A DNA stretch of 64,000 nucleotides from Clostridiales bacterium (GCA_028724525.1 JAQYCV010000014.1:11164-75163), one strand, 5' to 3'. Shown: positions 32,294-42,449, counted from the first letter of the stretch. Numbers and translations: made by a program. Notes: generated from the letters alone by a model not told the origin.

Positions 32294-33433
32294 GTGAATA
32301 TGGTTGTTAATAGATCAGAGGAAGTAGAAAATACTATGAAGCAAACAAACAATGAGCATGACGTCGTCCTGGACGTACAGAATCTGCAAGTCTCCTTTCA
32401 TACCTATGCCGGTGAGGTCAAGGCTGTCCGAGGGATCGACTTTTACCTGCGTCAGGGAGAAACCCTGGCTTTTGTTGGAGAGTCCGGCTGTGGGAAAACA
32501 GTTACAGCCAAGGCGATTATGCAGCTACTCAAGGTTCCCCCAGCGGAGATTAAACCTGGTTCGGTGATTAACTATGCGGGTGAAAATGTCCTCACCATGG
32601 ACAAGAAACGCCTCCGTGACTACAAGGGTAATGATGTGGGCATGATCTTCCAAGATGCCATGACCTCCCTCAATCCCACCATGACCTGTGGCAAACAGAT
32701 CGAAGAATCCTTACGGATCCATACGGATCTCTCCAAGGAGGAGTGCAAGCAGAAGGCGATCGACATGCTCCGTCAGGTCGAAATCCCCAACCCTGAAGAA
32801 CGCTACCGCCAATACCCCCATGAGCTTTCTGGTGGCATGCGCCAGCGGGTCATGATCGCGATTGCCCTGGCCTGTAAGCCTCGAGTCATGATTGCGGATG
32901 AACCCACCACGGCCCTGGACGTGACTATCCAGGCCCAGATCATGTCCCTCCTCCGTGAGCTCAAAGAAAAGAACAATACCGCTATTATCCTGGTCACCCA
33001 CGACCTGGGTGTGGTCGCCAACTTTGCCGACCGGATCCAGGTTATGTACGCTGGCCAGGTGGTGGAGAGCGGGACCACTCGGGATATTTTCAAGAATCCC
33101 CAGCACCCTTATACTTGGGCCCTGCTCAAGTCTATCCCCCGGGTAGACGGCCAGGGCAAGGAGGAGCTGTATTCCTTGTACGGCACTCCACCCGATCTTA
33201 TCCTACCCCTGGAAGGTTGCCCCTTTACAGACCGCTGTGACTATGCCATGCAAATCTGCCGGGAACAGCATCCCGGAAAGACAGACTTTGGTAACCATCA
33301 CTGTGCCTACTGCTGGCTCCACCATCCTCAGGCTCCTGGCCTCGATGCCTTCCCGGAAGCCCAGACCAAGGCGGCTGCAGACTTTGCCCTGGGCAAACAT
33401 CACGCTGAAGATCAAGAGGAGGTGCAAGCCTAA
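32294..33433 (+). CDS. Peptide ABC transporter ATP-binding protein (OppD type)
   Basis: Walker A GESGCGKT, signature LSGGMRQR, Walker B IADEPTTALD, and an Opp-type C-terminal extension. Start is uncertain (GTG 32294, ATG 32300 or ATG 32336). Confidence 0.85.
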   Translation: MNMVVNRSEEVENTMKQTNNEHDVVLDVQNLQVSFHTYAGEVKAVRGIDFYLRQGETLAFVGESGCGKTVTAKAIMQLLKVPPAEIKPGSVINYAGENVLTMDKKRLRDYKGNDVGMIFQDAMTSLNPTMTCGKQIEESLRIHTDLSKEECKQKAIDMLRQVEIPNPEERYRQYPHELSGGMRQRVMIAIALACKPRVMIADEPTTALDVTIQAQIMSLLRELKEKNNTAIILVTHDLGVVANFADRIQVMYAGQVVESGTTRDIFKNPQHPYTWALLKSIPRVDGQGKEELYSLYGTPPDLILPLEGCPFTDRCDYAMQICREQHPGKTDFGNHHCAYCWLHHPQAPGLDAFPEAQTKAAADFALGKHHAEDQEEVQA

Positions 33434-34458
33434 TGTCCAACTTGGAAACAAATCCTACAAGAGAAAAAATTCTGGATGTTCAGGGCCTGACCCAGCGCTT
33501 CCACCTCAACCGCCGGCAAGTCTTGACTGCTGTAGACCATGTCAGCTTTCATATCTACAAAGGCGAGACCTTTGGCCTAGTGGGAGAATCTGGCTGTGGC
33601 AAAACCACGACTGGCCGGTCGATCCTCAGGATCTATGAGCCCTCAGAAGGCAAGGTCATCTATAAGGGCCAGGATGTAGCCAGCCTGCAAAAGTCAGACA
33701 TGAAGGCCTTCCGCCAATCCGCCCAAATGATCTTCCAAGACCCCTATTCTTCTCTGGACCCCCGGATGACGGTGGACGACATCATTAGCGAAGGCTTGAA
33801 TGTCCACTTCCCTCATCTGTCTTCCCAGGAAAAACATGACCGGATCTCCCGCCTGCTCATGCGGGTGGGCCTGAATTCCGAGCACGGTGCCCGCTTCCCC
33901 CACGAGCTTTCGGGGGGCCAGCGCCAGCGGATTGGGATTGCCCGGGCCCTGGCTGTAGAACCCGACTTCATCGTCTGTGATGAGCCGATCTCTGCCCTGG
34001 ACGTTTCGATCCAGGCCCAGATTGTAAACCTCCTGATCAAGCTCCAGCAAGAGTCGGGCTTGACCTACCTCTTCATTTCCCACGACCTGTCCATGGTTAA
34101 GCACATTTCTGACCGTATTGGGGTTATGTACCTGGGCAGTCTGGTAGAAGTATCTGACAATAAGAGGCTTTACGCCCGGCCCCTCCACCCCTATACCCAT
34201 GCCTTGATTTCCGCAATTCCCATTCCGGATCCTGATAAGAAATCCATGGAATCCCGGGTGGAGCTCCAGGGAGAAGTTCCTTCCCCCATCAACATGCCTC
34301 CTGGCTGTAAATTCGCTGGCCGTTGCCCTTATGCGACAGACCGCTGCCGCCAGGCCGCGCCCCAGCTCCGAGAGATCGAGCCCGACCATTACACCGCCTG
34401 TTATCTCTATGAAAATGCAGACGGTAGCCTGAAGGATCCTCAAGAGGTTAACTTTTAG
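33433..34458 (+). CDS. Peptide ABC transporter ATP-binding protein (OppF type)
   Basis: Walker A GESGCGKTT, signature LSGGQRQR, Walker B VCDEPISALD. TAATG overlap with the previous gene. Confidence 0.85.
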   Translation: MSNLETNPTREKILDVQGLTQRFHLNRRQVLTAVDHVSFHIYKGETFGLVGESGCGKTTTGRSILRIYEPSEGKVIYKGQDVASLQKSDMKAFRQSAQMIFQDPYSSLDPRMTVDDIISEGLNVHFPHLSSQEKHDRISRLLMRVGLNSEHGARFPHELSGGQRQRIGIARALAVEPDFIVCDEPISALDVSIQAQIVNLLIKLQQESGLTYLFISHDLSMVKHISDRIGVMYLGSLVEVSDNKRLYARPLHPYTHALISAIPIPDPDKKSMESRVELQGEVPSPINMPPGCKFAGRCPYATDRCRQAAPQLREIEPDHYTACYLYENADGSLKDPQEVNF

Positions 34459-34535
34459 CCTCCTGGCCTAAGGTAGCATTAGCCTTGTGGCCTCGAGCAT
34501 CATTAGCCTCGTGCAATATTTGCTTCACGCAAGTT

Positions 34536-34570
34536 AAAAGCCTCCCTTGCTGGCTAGCAGGGGAGGCCTT
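34536..34570. terminator. Hairpin between convergent peptide-ABC and FtsX-ABC operons
   Basis: AAGCCTCCCTTGCT / AGCAGGGGAGGCCTT is an imperfect inverted repeat. A 4-T run follows it on the minus strand, with none on the plus strand. Confidence 0.5.
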
Positions 34571-34599
34571 ACTTCATCTATGAACAGGCTTATTGACTT

Positions 34600-35265
34600 T
34601 CAGCTCAGATCAATCTGGCCAGCTTGCATATGGTAGTGGGAAAGACCAGCCGGCATGCTTTCCAGCTGATGGGTAGATAGTAGGACTGCTAGACCTTCTT
34701 GTGCTTTTTTTTGCAGAAAAGTCAATATTATTTGGGCATTGTCCGGGTCTAAGTCGCCCGTAGGTTCGTCCGCAATCAGCAGGAGGGGATCTTGGGCTAG
34801 AGCCCGAACCATGGCCACTCTTCGCCGCTCTCCCCCCGATAGTTCCGGAGGAAAGGCTGTCTCCACAGCCGCTAGGCCAAAGCCCCTTAGGAGCTGAGCA
34901 ATATCTTCAGCTGGCAGAGCTGGGTGGCCACTCAAGCTATGGGGTAAAATTATATTATCTAAGACACATAAATTATCTAGCAAGGAATCTGTTTGTGGAA
35001 CGTAGGCTAGCTTATGTGCCCTTAGCTTAGTCCAGGCAGCCTCACTTTGCTGGCTAATATCTTGGCTTTGGAAAAAAATCTGCCCTTGGTCTGCAGGCAG
35101 GATGCCGGTAAGTAAATTAAAGAAAGTAGACTTACCACAGCCTGAAGGTCCGCTCAATACAGCCATCTCACCTGCTTGCAGCTGAAAATTAACTTGGTCT
35201 ACCGCTTTAAAAGGCTGTCCCTTACGGGTAAAGGATTTAGTTAAATTTCTAACTTGTAATAGCAT
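34600..35265 (-). CDS. ABC transporter ATP-binding protein (MacB/LolD/FtsE-like)
   Basis: 221 aa with Walker A GPSGCGKST, signature LSGGERRR and Walker B LLIADEPTGDLD. Confidence 0.85.
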   Translation of the reverse strand: MLLQVRNLTKSFTRKGQPFKAVDQVNFQLQAGEMAVLSGPSGCGKSTFFNLLTGILPADQGQIFFQSQDISQQSEAAWTKLRAHKLAYVPQTDSLLDNLCVLDNIILPHSLSGHPALPAEDIAQLLRGFGLAAVETAFPPELSGGERRRVAMVRALAQDPLLLIADEPTGDLDPDNAQIILTFLQKKAQEGLAVLLSTHQLESMPAGLSHYHMQAGQIDLS

Positions 35266-36485
35266 TACATCTCACCCCCTCTCAATAAATTCACGCTACT
35301 CGTCTTTCCTATCCGCAAGGCAGAATAGAGTGAGGCCAAGAGAGAGATGGCTAAAGCAAAGAGCAAACATCGGAGGCCAAGGCAGAGATAATAGCCAGGC
35401 GAGGCATTGAGGCGGGGGATATTCAGGGCAAGCATGAGGGGGATCTTGAAGATGTAGAGACCTAAGCCTGCAGAGAGAACCCCCAAGACTGAGCCTACCA
35501 GCCCCAATAAAAGTCCCTCCAGCATGATTAAAAGGCTGAGGCGAGACTTGGCTACCCCCAAGATGGAGAGCACCCCAAACTCGTGGGTTCGCTCATTGAC
35601 TGTAATGCTAAAGACACTGAGCAAGGCGATGATGACTAAGACGACCAATATACCCAGGAGCAGATCGGAATAGTTGCCAAGACTTTGGACGGAGTTACTG
35701 AAATCTGCGAACATATCCAGGGTAGCATAGGCCCGAATGGGTGCGTCTTCCAGCAAGAAGTTAATCCTACGAGCAATAGCTTTGCTGTCCGTTCCTTCTT
35801 CAGCCTTAATCATGACACTGGATACCAGGTCCTTGGCCGCATGCTCGGGCTTCCCGAAGGCGTCCAGGTATAGGTCAGAGTCCATGACATCTTGGGCGGT
35901 TTCTGTCGTCATAAAGACGCAGGTATCAAAACTGGTGTTGGTGCGTTCTAGTTGGCCAATAATTTCATAATCTTCCCCAAAAAAGCTGAGTTTCTGGGTT
36001 TGCGGACGAATAATTTGCTGGCCAATATAGAGCTGGCCCCGCGTGGGTAAAGGCAGACCTTCCGCTTCCAGCCAGGGCTTGATAATAAAATCCGTTTCTG
36101 GGTCGATGACAATCATCTGGGTGGGAACAGAACAGCAAGTTGCATCCAGGGAGGTTAGATAGGTTTGAGGTGTGAGGGCTTCAATACCCTCAATTTGACT
36201 AAGGGGCTCCAACCATTTACGGTCAAAGCTGAAACTATTGAGCTCACCCAAGAAGAGGGAATCTGCTGCCTCCCTGGCAAATTCTTGTGGTACGACAATA
36301 ATATCCGCACCTAGGCGGTCCAGGGTGCGGTCCAGAGAATCGGAAAAACTATCCAAAAGGACTGAGCTAATAAATAAGCAGAATGCCAGAGCCCACACAA
36401 AGAAAATCATGGTCCAGGTCCGGACCGGTCTCCGCATTAAGTTTGCCTGGGCCAGACGACCTAGGCTGCTATACCAAGTATGCAT
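35265..36485 (-). CDS. ABC transporter permease, FtsX/MacB-like
   Basis: 406 aa with an N-terminal TM segment, a large extracytoplasmic region and a C-terminal multi-TM FtsX-type bundle. It overlaps the ATPase gene start by 1 nt. Confidence 0.8.
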   Translation of the reverse strand: MHTWYSSLGRLAQANLMRRPVRTWTMIFFVWALAFCLFISSVLLDSFSDSLDRTLDRLGADIIVVPQEFAREAADSLFLGELNSFSFDRKWLEPLSQIEGIEALTPQTYLTSLDATCCSVPTQMIVIDPETDFIIKPWLEAEGLPLPTRGQLYIGQQIIRPQTQKLSFFGEDYEIIGQLERTNTSFDTCVFMTTETAQDVMDSDLYLDAFGKPEHAAKDLVSSVMIKAEEGTDSKAIARRINFLLEDAPIRAYATLDMFADFSNSVQSLGNYSDLLLGILVVLVIIALLSVFSITVNERTHEFGVLSILGVAKSRLSLLIMLEGLLLGLVGSVLGVLSAGLGLYIFKIPLMLALNIPRLNASPGYYLCLGLRCLLFALAISLLASLYSALRIGKTSSVNLLRGGEM

Positions 36486-36509
36486 ACGTATTACTCTTCG
36501 CTCGAGGGC

Positions 36510-36902
36510 TTATTCAGCCTTCAAGGTAAGGGCAAACACTTGCCCCAGGGCGCTCAGAATGGCTAAGACATTAAGGGCCGGGAAAGCTCTGCTATTACAA
36601 GCCATCTCGGGATTCATGCAGCCACCAATTAAGACTAGGGTTAGAAGTAGGGGCATCAGGGAGGTCAACAAGGCAACCAGGGCAAGGCTCCGATAGCAGC
36701 AAATTTGTGGAGATGTACTTTGTCTCAGCTGCAAAAAGGCTAGCAGGGCTAGGATAAGGGCTAGAGGTACCACAGCCTGTACGGCCCAATGACATTTCAT
36801 GACTTTCTCCATGCCAGGGCAAGCGGGGAAGATAGTGTGGGGCCCTAAGACCAAGAGGATGGCGACTATCAGACTGATGATGCTGGGAACTTTTCTTTTC
36901 AT
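36510..36902 (-). CDS. Small four-TM cysteine-rich membrane protein (DUF4418-like by recollection)
   Basis: 130 aa with four hydrophobic segments and conserved-looking cysteine/histidine motifs MKCHW and GGCMNPEMAC. It is the first gene of the operon with the FtsX-type permease and ATPase. The family name is from memory only. Confidence 0.5.
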   Translation of the reverse strand: MKRKVPSIISLIVAILLVLGPHTIFPACPGMEKVMKCHWAVQAVVPLALILALLAFLQLRQSTSPQICCYRSLALVALLTSLMPLLLTLVLIGGCMNPEMACNSRAFPALNVLAILSALGQVFALTLKAE

Positions 36903-37038
36903 GTTTAGCTACTTTCTGAATTTCTGGGTAGGGACTTCTTCCAGGCTAGCAGCTTGAGGGACTGACCTATGGTGGTCTGCAAACTCGGAAAGCCTACCCA
37001 ATGACTAGGCAAAGGTTATACCAGGCTAATTTACCCCT

Positions 37039-37071
37039 AAAAATTGCAAGCTGCCAGCCGGCAGCTTGCAA
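37039..37071 (-). terminator. Rho-independent terminator of the NMT1-type ABC operon
   Basis: TTGCAAGCTGCC-AGCC-GGCAGCTTGCAA is a perfect 12-bp stem (37044-37071). On the minus strand it is followed by TTTTT (37039-37043). Confidence 0.75.
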
Positions 37072-37114
37072 GGGATTTAGCTTAGATTAAATATCTGCAT
37101 GAGCAGGTATTTGT

Positions 37115-38353
37115 TTAATTGGCTAAGGCCGGAGTCCAAGCCAACTCCATAATCTCATCCACATCATCCATATTTGTGATGAGGCCAAGGCGCACATAGC
37201 GACCAATGACATCTTTTAGCGACTTTTGTGTCAGCTCATCCGATACACCAAATTGCAGGGAATTGTTGATCATTACGTTCATATCGTAATCACCGGCATT
37301 CCAGCCGCGTTCTAGCAACATATTAGTTGCTTTATCGGGATTTTCTCGCATCCAAGAATGGGCTTTTTGCACGGCTTGCGTGATCTTCTTAGAGATGACA
37401 GGGTTCTCTTTAACAAAACTACGATTCATGGCTACTACGCAGCAGTTTTCATCCTGGAAATCACTGTCCAAGAGAGAACGGACAGCCCTTAATTTCCCAT
37501 CCTTAACCATGGCATAGGCAAAGGTATCGCTCAGGAGGGCGGCAGAAATTTCTTCCCGCTCCATGGCTGCCACACAAGCATCTGAAGAAACTTGCATCAA
37601 GGTAACATCCTTTTGCGGGTCGATGCCATCGGCATCCAGCAAGAGGCAGGTAATATTGTAGTCAGAAGCCCCAATGCCGTTAGGTACAGAAATCTGAGTG
37701 CCCTTTAAGTCTTCTGTGGTCTTGTATTTACTGTCTGCCAGGACATAGAGGGTTTTGCAGCCTATATGGGCCCCACCCACAAAGGTCAGATCAACATTAT
37801 TGGAGATGGGAACCAGCATGGTAGCGATATGGCCGACCGCAACTGTAGCTTGGCGGGTACCTAGGGCCTCTGTATAGGAGTTACCTTTAAAGCCTTCAGC
37901 GGTAAGCCCTGCCTCTTTATAGTAGCCGAGGGCGTCTGCCAGGGTAGGGCCAGAAGTACAGCCGTCAGACATGTAATATTTGACAGGCTCTCCATAAGCG
38001 GGTTCTTTTTCCATAGCAGCCTTTTCCTCGTCGCTGGGGGTCAGATCCAGTTTAGCCAGATAGATGGCCCGATTTTCTACATCCACGGGGGTAAACAGGG
38101 CCTCCCACTTGTTTTCGGCAAAGGCTTCGGCTGAGTCCAGGTGGGTATCAGCTTTGTTTACTTCAACCTCTACGCCTTCTTGACCGACTTCTATTTGTCC
38201 GTCATTATTGAGGTCTCCCTTTAACATATCCTGCTGCTCTTTTTTGCCACAGGCTGTCGCGGTAAATAACAGGGTCAGGGTGAGCAACAGAGAAAAAAAT
38301 CTTTTCAAGTTCACAGTTTTTGTTCCTCGCTTCTTATGAATTATTCCAAGCAT
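37115..38353 (-). CDS. ABC transporter substrate-binding lipoprotein, NMT1/THI5-SsuA-like
   Basis: Lipobox LLFTATAC|GKK and the size and operon context of the nitrate/sulfonate/bicarbonate (NitT/TauT) family. A GTG start at 38314 with GAGGAA 8 nt upstream is a plausible alternative to the track start. Confidence 0.7.
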   Translation of the reverse strand: MLGIIHKKRGTKTVNLKRFFSLLLTLTLLFTATACGKKEQQDMLKGDLNNDGQIEVGQEGVEVEVNKADTHLDSAEAFAENKWEALFTPVDVENRAIYLAKLDLTPSDEEKAAMEKEPAYGEPVKYYMSDGCTSGPTLADALGYYKEAGLTAEGFKGNSYTEALGTRQATVAVGHIATMLVPISNNVDLTFVGGAHIGCKTLYVLADSKYKTTEDLKGTQISVPNGIGASDYNITCLLLDADGIDPQKDVTLMQVSSDACVAAMEREEISAALLSDTFAYAMVKDGKLRAVRSLLDSDFQDENCCVVAMNRSFVKENPVISKKITQAVQKAHSWMRENPDKATNMLLERGWNAGDYDMNVMINNSLQFGVSDELTQKSLKDVIGRYVRLGLITNMDDVDEIMELAWTPALAN

Positions 38354-38389
38354 GACCTGGTATTTACGGGCCGTGGTTTGAAAGCCAAT

Positions 38390-39193
38390 TTAGGCGGTTT
38401 TATCTGAGCCGCTAAAGTGCAATTTCCGCAGAATGGTATTGCGGTAATTAATGAAATAGTCGGCAGACCGATCTCGGGGATGGTCTTCCTTTATCTGTAG
38501 GTCGGCCGTAATCCTTCCGGGATTAGTCTCCATGACTAAGATCCTGGAACTCATATAAATGGCCTCATCGATATCATGGGTAACCATCATAGCGAGTTGC
38601 TTGCCACGGCGCCACATTTTCAAAATTTCATCTTGCATATTCATCCGGGTAAAGGCATCTAAGGCCCCCAGGGGCTCATCTAGCAAGAGGATATCCGGTT
38701 CGCTAATTAAAGATCTGACCAAGGCCACGCGCTGGGCCATACCGCCCGATAATTGGGCGGGGTAATCGTCTTTAAAATCTTGGAGCCCGATGATTTCTAG
38801 CATGTTATTAACACGCTCTTCATTGCCCTTGAGTTTGTTTTGCATTTGCAAACTAAAGGCGATATTTTTTTCTACCGTAAGCCAGGGAAAGAGGGTGGAC
38901 TTTTGAAAAACCATGCCCCGGTCTGGTGCTGGTCCTTCTATCTCTTGGCCATCTACGGTCACTTTGCCTAGTGTTGGCTTTATTAGGCCAGCTACCAAAC
39001 GCAAAATCGTAGATTTACCACAACCTGACGGCCCCACCAAACTCACAAATTCTCCACTGCGGAGGGTAAAGGAAATATCTTGTAGGGCATGGGTTACTTC
39101 TTCTGTTTCAATCTTCGCAAAGCTCTTAGAAACATGATTGAGCTCTAAGCTTATATTGTGGTCTTTCATTAAGCGTTTGCTCCAATCTGCCAA
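38390..39193 (-). CDS. ABC transporter ATP-binding protein (NitT/TauT family)
   Basis: Walker A GPSGCGKST, signature LSGGMAQR, Walker B LLLDEPLGALD. Confidence 0.85.
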   Translation of the reverse strand: MADWSKRLMKDHNISLELNHVSKSFAKIETEEVTHALQDISFTLRSGEFVSLVGPSGCGKSTILRLVAGLIKPTLGKVTVDGQEIEGPAPDRGMVFQKSTLFPWLTVEKNIAFSLQMQNKLKGNEERVNNMLEIIGLQDFKDDYPAQLSGGMAQRVALVRSLISEPDILLLDEPLGALDAFTRMNMQDEILKMWRRGKQLAMMVTHDIDEAIYMSSRILVMETNPGRITADLQIKEDHPRDRSADYFINYRNTILRKLHFSGSDKTA

Positions 39194-40233
39194 CGCAAGA
39201 CGTGGGATTTTATTTTGTCCAGAATTTTGGTAACCAGGGTAAAAATAAGGCAGATCACAAAAAGCGCAGCAAACATTTTGTCATAGCTGGCCCAAGATTT
39301 ACTCCAATTCATATACCAGCCTAAACCGGATTTCACACCCAACATTTCGGCTATCATGATCGAGGTACAGGAACTGCTCATGGCCTGGGTACAGCCCTGC
39401 AAAATTGAGGGCATGGCGTGGGGGATAGCTACTCGGAAAATTAGTTGGCGCTGGTTAGCTCCTAAGGTGCGCGCAGCGTCAAAGTATTCCTTATTGACAT
39501 TAGCTATGCCTGTCATGGAGGCTACCGTGACGGCAAACCAGGAACCCAGAGCGATAATAAATACTGCTCCACCGAAGAGGGAGGAGGCAATAACCATCAT
39601 AATGGGGATCCATGTAGAAGTTGGAATAGGCCCCAGAAATTTAATAATGGGGTTAACCCAATAGCGGCATTTCTCCGAGTAGCCACAGGCTATGCCTGTA
39701 ATCAGGCCTAGGCCTACTCCAATAAAATAGCCAAGAAAAAGGAGCCAAAGGGTATGAACAGTACAATTCCAGATCATCTCCCGGTCATTCCATGCCGCGT
39801 TTGCCACAAAATTCAGGCAGGGGACAAAAGGCTGGGTAAGCACACCGGTCTTGAGAGTTAAATAATCGTAGAAAGCTAGAAGCAGAAAAAGCCCGGTAAA
39901 CAGGGGCGCGCGGTAACGTAGCAGGTCAGTAGCATGGTTGTCGCCCCGGGATTTTTTCCAGAGCGAGACCAAGGCATAGATCCCATAAGCCACCACTAAA
40001 ATCAGTAGAAATACGGTGTAAACATGAGGATTTTTATTGGGGCTATTATCGGGTATGGTGAGGTACTCCAGGAGGGCCACAGCTCCAGCGAGAAGGGGCA
40101 GAAAGCATACAAAAATATCAAAATAGACTTGCTTTTTAGTTTTTACACGGCGCTCTAAATCGAAAAGCTGAGAGCGGGTAAGTCCATCCATGGCCGGGCT
40201 ACCATCGGTTTGACTAATTGCTGATTTCGACAT
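39169..40233 (-). CDS. ABC transporter permease (NitT/TauT family) with extended N-terminal membrane region
   Basis: 354-aa polytopic protein. The C-terminal ~220 aa resemble SsuC/TauC-type permeases. It overlaps the ATPase gene by 25 nt. Confidence 0.8.
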   Translation of the reverse strand: MSKSAISQTDGSPAMDGLTRSQLFDLERRVKTKKQVYFDIFVCFLPLLAGAVALLEYLTIPDNSPNKNPHVYTVFLLILVVAYGIYALVSLWKKSRGDNHATDLLRYRAPLFTGLFLLLAFYDYLTLKTGVLTQPFVPCLNFVANAAWNDREMIWNCTVHTLWLLFLGYFIGVGLGLITGIACGYSEKCRYWVNPIIKFLGPIPTSTWIPIMMVIASSLFGGAVFIIALGSWFAVTVASMTGIANVNKEYFDAARTLGANQRQLIFRVAIPHAMPSILQGCTQAMSSSCTSIMIAEMLGVKSGLGWYMNWSKSWASYDKMFAALFVICLIFTLVTKILDKIKSHVLRWQIGANA

Positions 40234-40444
40234 TTACGATCACCTCTTACCTCGCATAATTCACAGCATTCCTATGTTAGCAAAAAAAACAGGTGAGAGC
40301 ACGTTTTATTTATCTATTTTAACGATTGAAAAATGAGAGATTCTAATAAGATTCTCCTAAGTTTTGGGACAACTATCTAGCATATCAGGCCTGATCTTAG
40401 ACCTAGTCACTCGGCTGGCAGCTCAACTCTTATAGTTAATTTCG

Positions 40445-42301
40445 TTATAACACGGAGCTAAGATCTAGTTCAAAATCAGTGGTGGCCGGTACCCGGATAC
40501 CAGAGGCCTCTTGAATGGTCAGCCCCTTGGTGTCTAGGTCTTCTCGAATCTTGGCCAGTTCCGCCGGCCGCTTGACCTTGAGGGTAGTGGTCATGATCAA
40601 GCCCTCTTCTGTCCAAATATAGGCAGAAATCGCCTTATATGCCGGAATCTGGCCATTGACCTTGGCAATGACCTTGTCCAGCCATTGGCTGATCTCATCG
40701 TCATCCGCATGCTTGACCAAGGGGTAAGTCCGCCGGTCAATTTGTAGCTTAGCGCAAATAATGACATTGCCTCGGCGGCTGACCTCATCCCAGACAAAAG
40801 CCTGGGCAATGCCCGGCTCCGCCTTGAGCAGGCGCTCGATTTCCTCGGGGAAGGCCTTTTCGCCGTTTGATAATACAATCATGGACTTTTTCCGTCCCGT
40901 GATGTGGACAGCCCCTTCTGAGTCAAAGAAGCCTAGGTCTCCTGTCCGCAACCAGCCATCTTCTGTCATGGCTTCCCGGGTCTTTTCCGGATCGTCCAGA
41001 TAACCCTGCATAATATTGTCCCCAAAGGCTTGGATTTCTCCGATCGCATGCCCTGCATCGTCATAGGACAAGCCCTCTTCGCCAATCCGTAAGGATACCC
41101 CCGGAATGGGCCAGCCGGAAGAGCTGGTAATATTGTGGTTTTGGTGGTTGGTGCTGAGGACCGGACTTGCCTCGGTCAGACCATAACCCGGCAGGCAATT
41201 AATACCTATAGACTCAAAAAAGTCCGCAAATTGGGGCTCTAGGGCACTGCCCCCATTGACCATGAGCTTAAATTTGCCGCCCAGTTGGTCCAGAAGGGAA
41301 GCGAAAATCCGTCGCCGCTTGTCGGCACCCAGAAAAGTTAAAAACCGGGACAGGGTTGTGGCATCCTTAAACTGTTTTTCCTTATCCTGTTTGCGCAGGG
41401 CCCGCATGATTTGCCCATGCAGGTTTTCCACAATAGCAGGTACCACCATCATGATGGCGATATGCCAGTTCTTGAGGTTTTTTGCGATATAGCGGAGACC
41501 GTCATTGATGCAGATGGTCAAACCCAAGAACCAAAAGCAGTACATCCCAACGGTATTCTCGAAGGTATGGTGGAGGGGAAGGACGGATAAAGCTCGGTCC
41601 CCTACATTGACATCGAAGGTTTCCGCGCAGGCATGGGCATTGGTCACAATATTGCGGTGACTGAGCATGACCCCCTTGGCATCCGAAGTGGTGCCCGAAG
41701 TAAAGACGATCGATGCCATGCTCTCGGGCTCTGGGCAGTAGCTAAGCAGCTTATCCTGGTCTTCTGGGCTGAGTTGCTGCCCCTGGTCTAGGAACTGCCA
41801 GAAATTGATTGATCCCGGAAGGTCATCGGCTGGATCTGTCGCAAGGGAGACCAATAATTTTACATCTGGACAAGCGGCCTGGACTGCTTGGGCAGTCTCT
41901 TTCTGCTTGCTGCCATAACACAAGACCTTGGCCTTAGACCTCTGCATGAGTTGGACTGCTTCCGCTGGGGGAAGCTGGGGGTCTAGGGGGACGGCTACCC
42001 CCAAGTAGCAGACCGTAGCATTAAAGGACAAGACCCAGGGATAAGAGTTTTCTCCCATTATGGCGATCCTATCCTGGCCGGGCGTAAAATCTGCTCCCAG
42101 CTGACGGGCAAAGGCGGCGGCCACGGCTTTCACATCCTGGGCCAGCTGCTTGTAAGTGGCATGAAAATCTTCCCCTTGGATTTCCTTATGATAAATATAG
42201 GCATCCGTATCCGCATACAGGATCGATGCATTATCTAAGAGCTTGCGCAAGGTCGCAGCCTGGCGCTGGGGATAAAGACTAGTACCGGTGTATATTTGCA
42301 T
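40445..42301 (-). CDS. Long-chain fatty acid-CoA ligase (AMP-binding enzyme)
   Basis: 618 aa with AMP-binding signature FTSGTTSDAKGVMLSHRNI, plus GYGLTEASPV and TGDLGFFD motifs. Confidence 0.8.
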   Translation of the reverse strand: MQIYTGTSLYPQRQAATLRKLLDNASILYADTDAYIYHKEIQGEDFHATYKQLAQDVKAVAAAFARQLGADFTPGQDRIAIMGENSYPWVLSFNATVCYLGVAVPLDPQLPPAEAVQLMQRSKAKVLCYGSKQKETAQAVQAACPDVKLLVSLATDPADDLPGSINFWQFLDQGQQLSPEDQDKLLSYCPEPESMASIVFTSGTTSDAKGVMLSHRNIVTNAHACAETFDVNVGDRALSVLPLHHTFENTVGMYCFWFLGLTICINDGLRYIAKNLKNWHIAIMMVVPAIVENLHGQIMRALRKQDKEKQFKDATTLSRFLTFLGADKRRRIFASLLDQLGGKFKLMVNGGSALEPQFADFFESIGINCLPGYGLTEASPVLSTNHQNHNITSSSGWPIPGVSLRIGEEGLSYDDAGHAIGEIQAFGDNIMQGYLDDPEKTREAMTEDGWLRTGDLGFFDSEGAVHITGRKKSMIVLSNGEKAFPEEIERLLKAEPGIAQAFVWDEVSRRGNVIICAKLQIDRRTYPLVKHADDDEISQWLDKVIAKVNGQIPAYKAISAYIWTEEGLIMTTTLKVKRPAELAKIREDLDTKGLTIQEASGIRVPATTDFELDLSSVL

Positions 42302-42449
42302 GAGTGATCCTTTATGTCTGTTCTTTCTAGTATTTATTTGGGATGCGGCGTGTGCGCCACAATTTCTAAATCCTATTTTGCTTGTTTAAATATCTTAACC
42401 TATCTTTTTGCCACGCTACAAGCTCGGCAAAGTAACAACTATTCCAATT

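Noticed and set aside
40234-40444. TPP (or other) riboswitch in the leader of the NMT1/THI5-like ABC operon.
   Set aside because: I looked on the minus strand for the CUGAGA and ACCUGAUCUGGAUAAUGCCAGCG cores. Only a fortuitous CCTGAT fragment is present.
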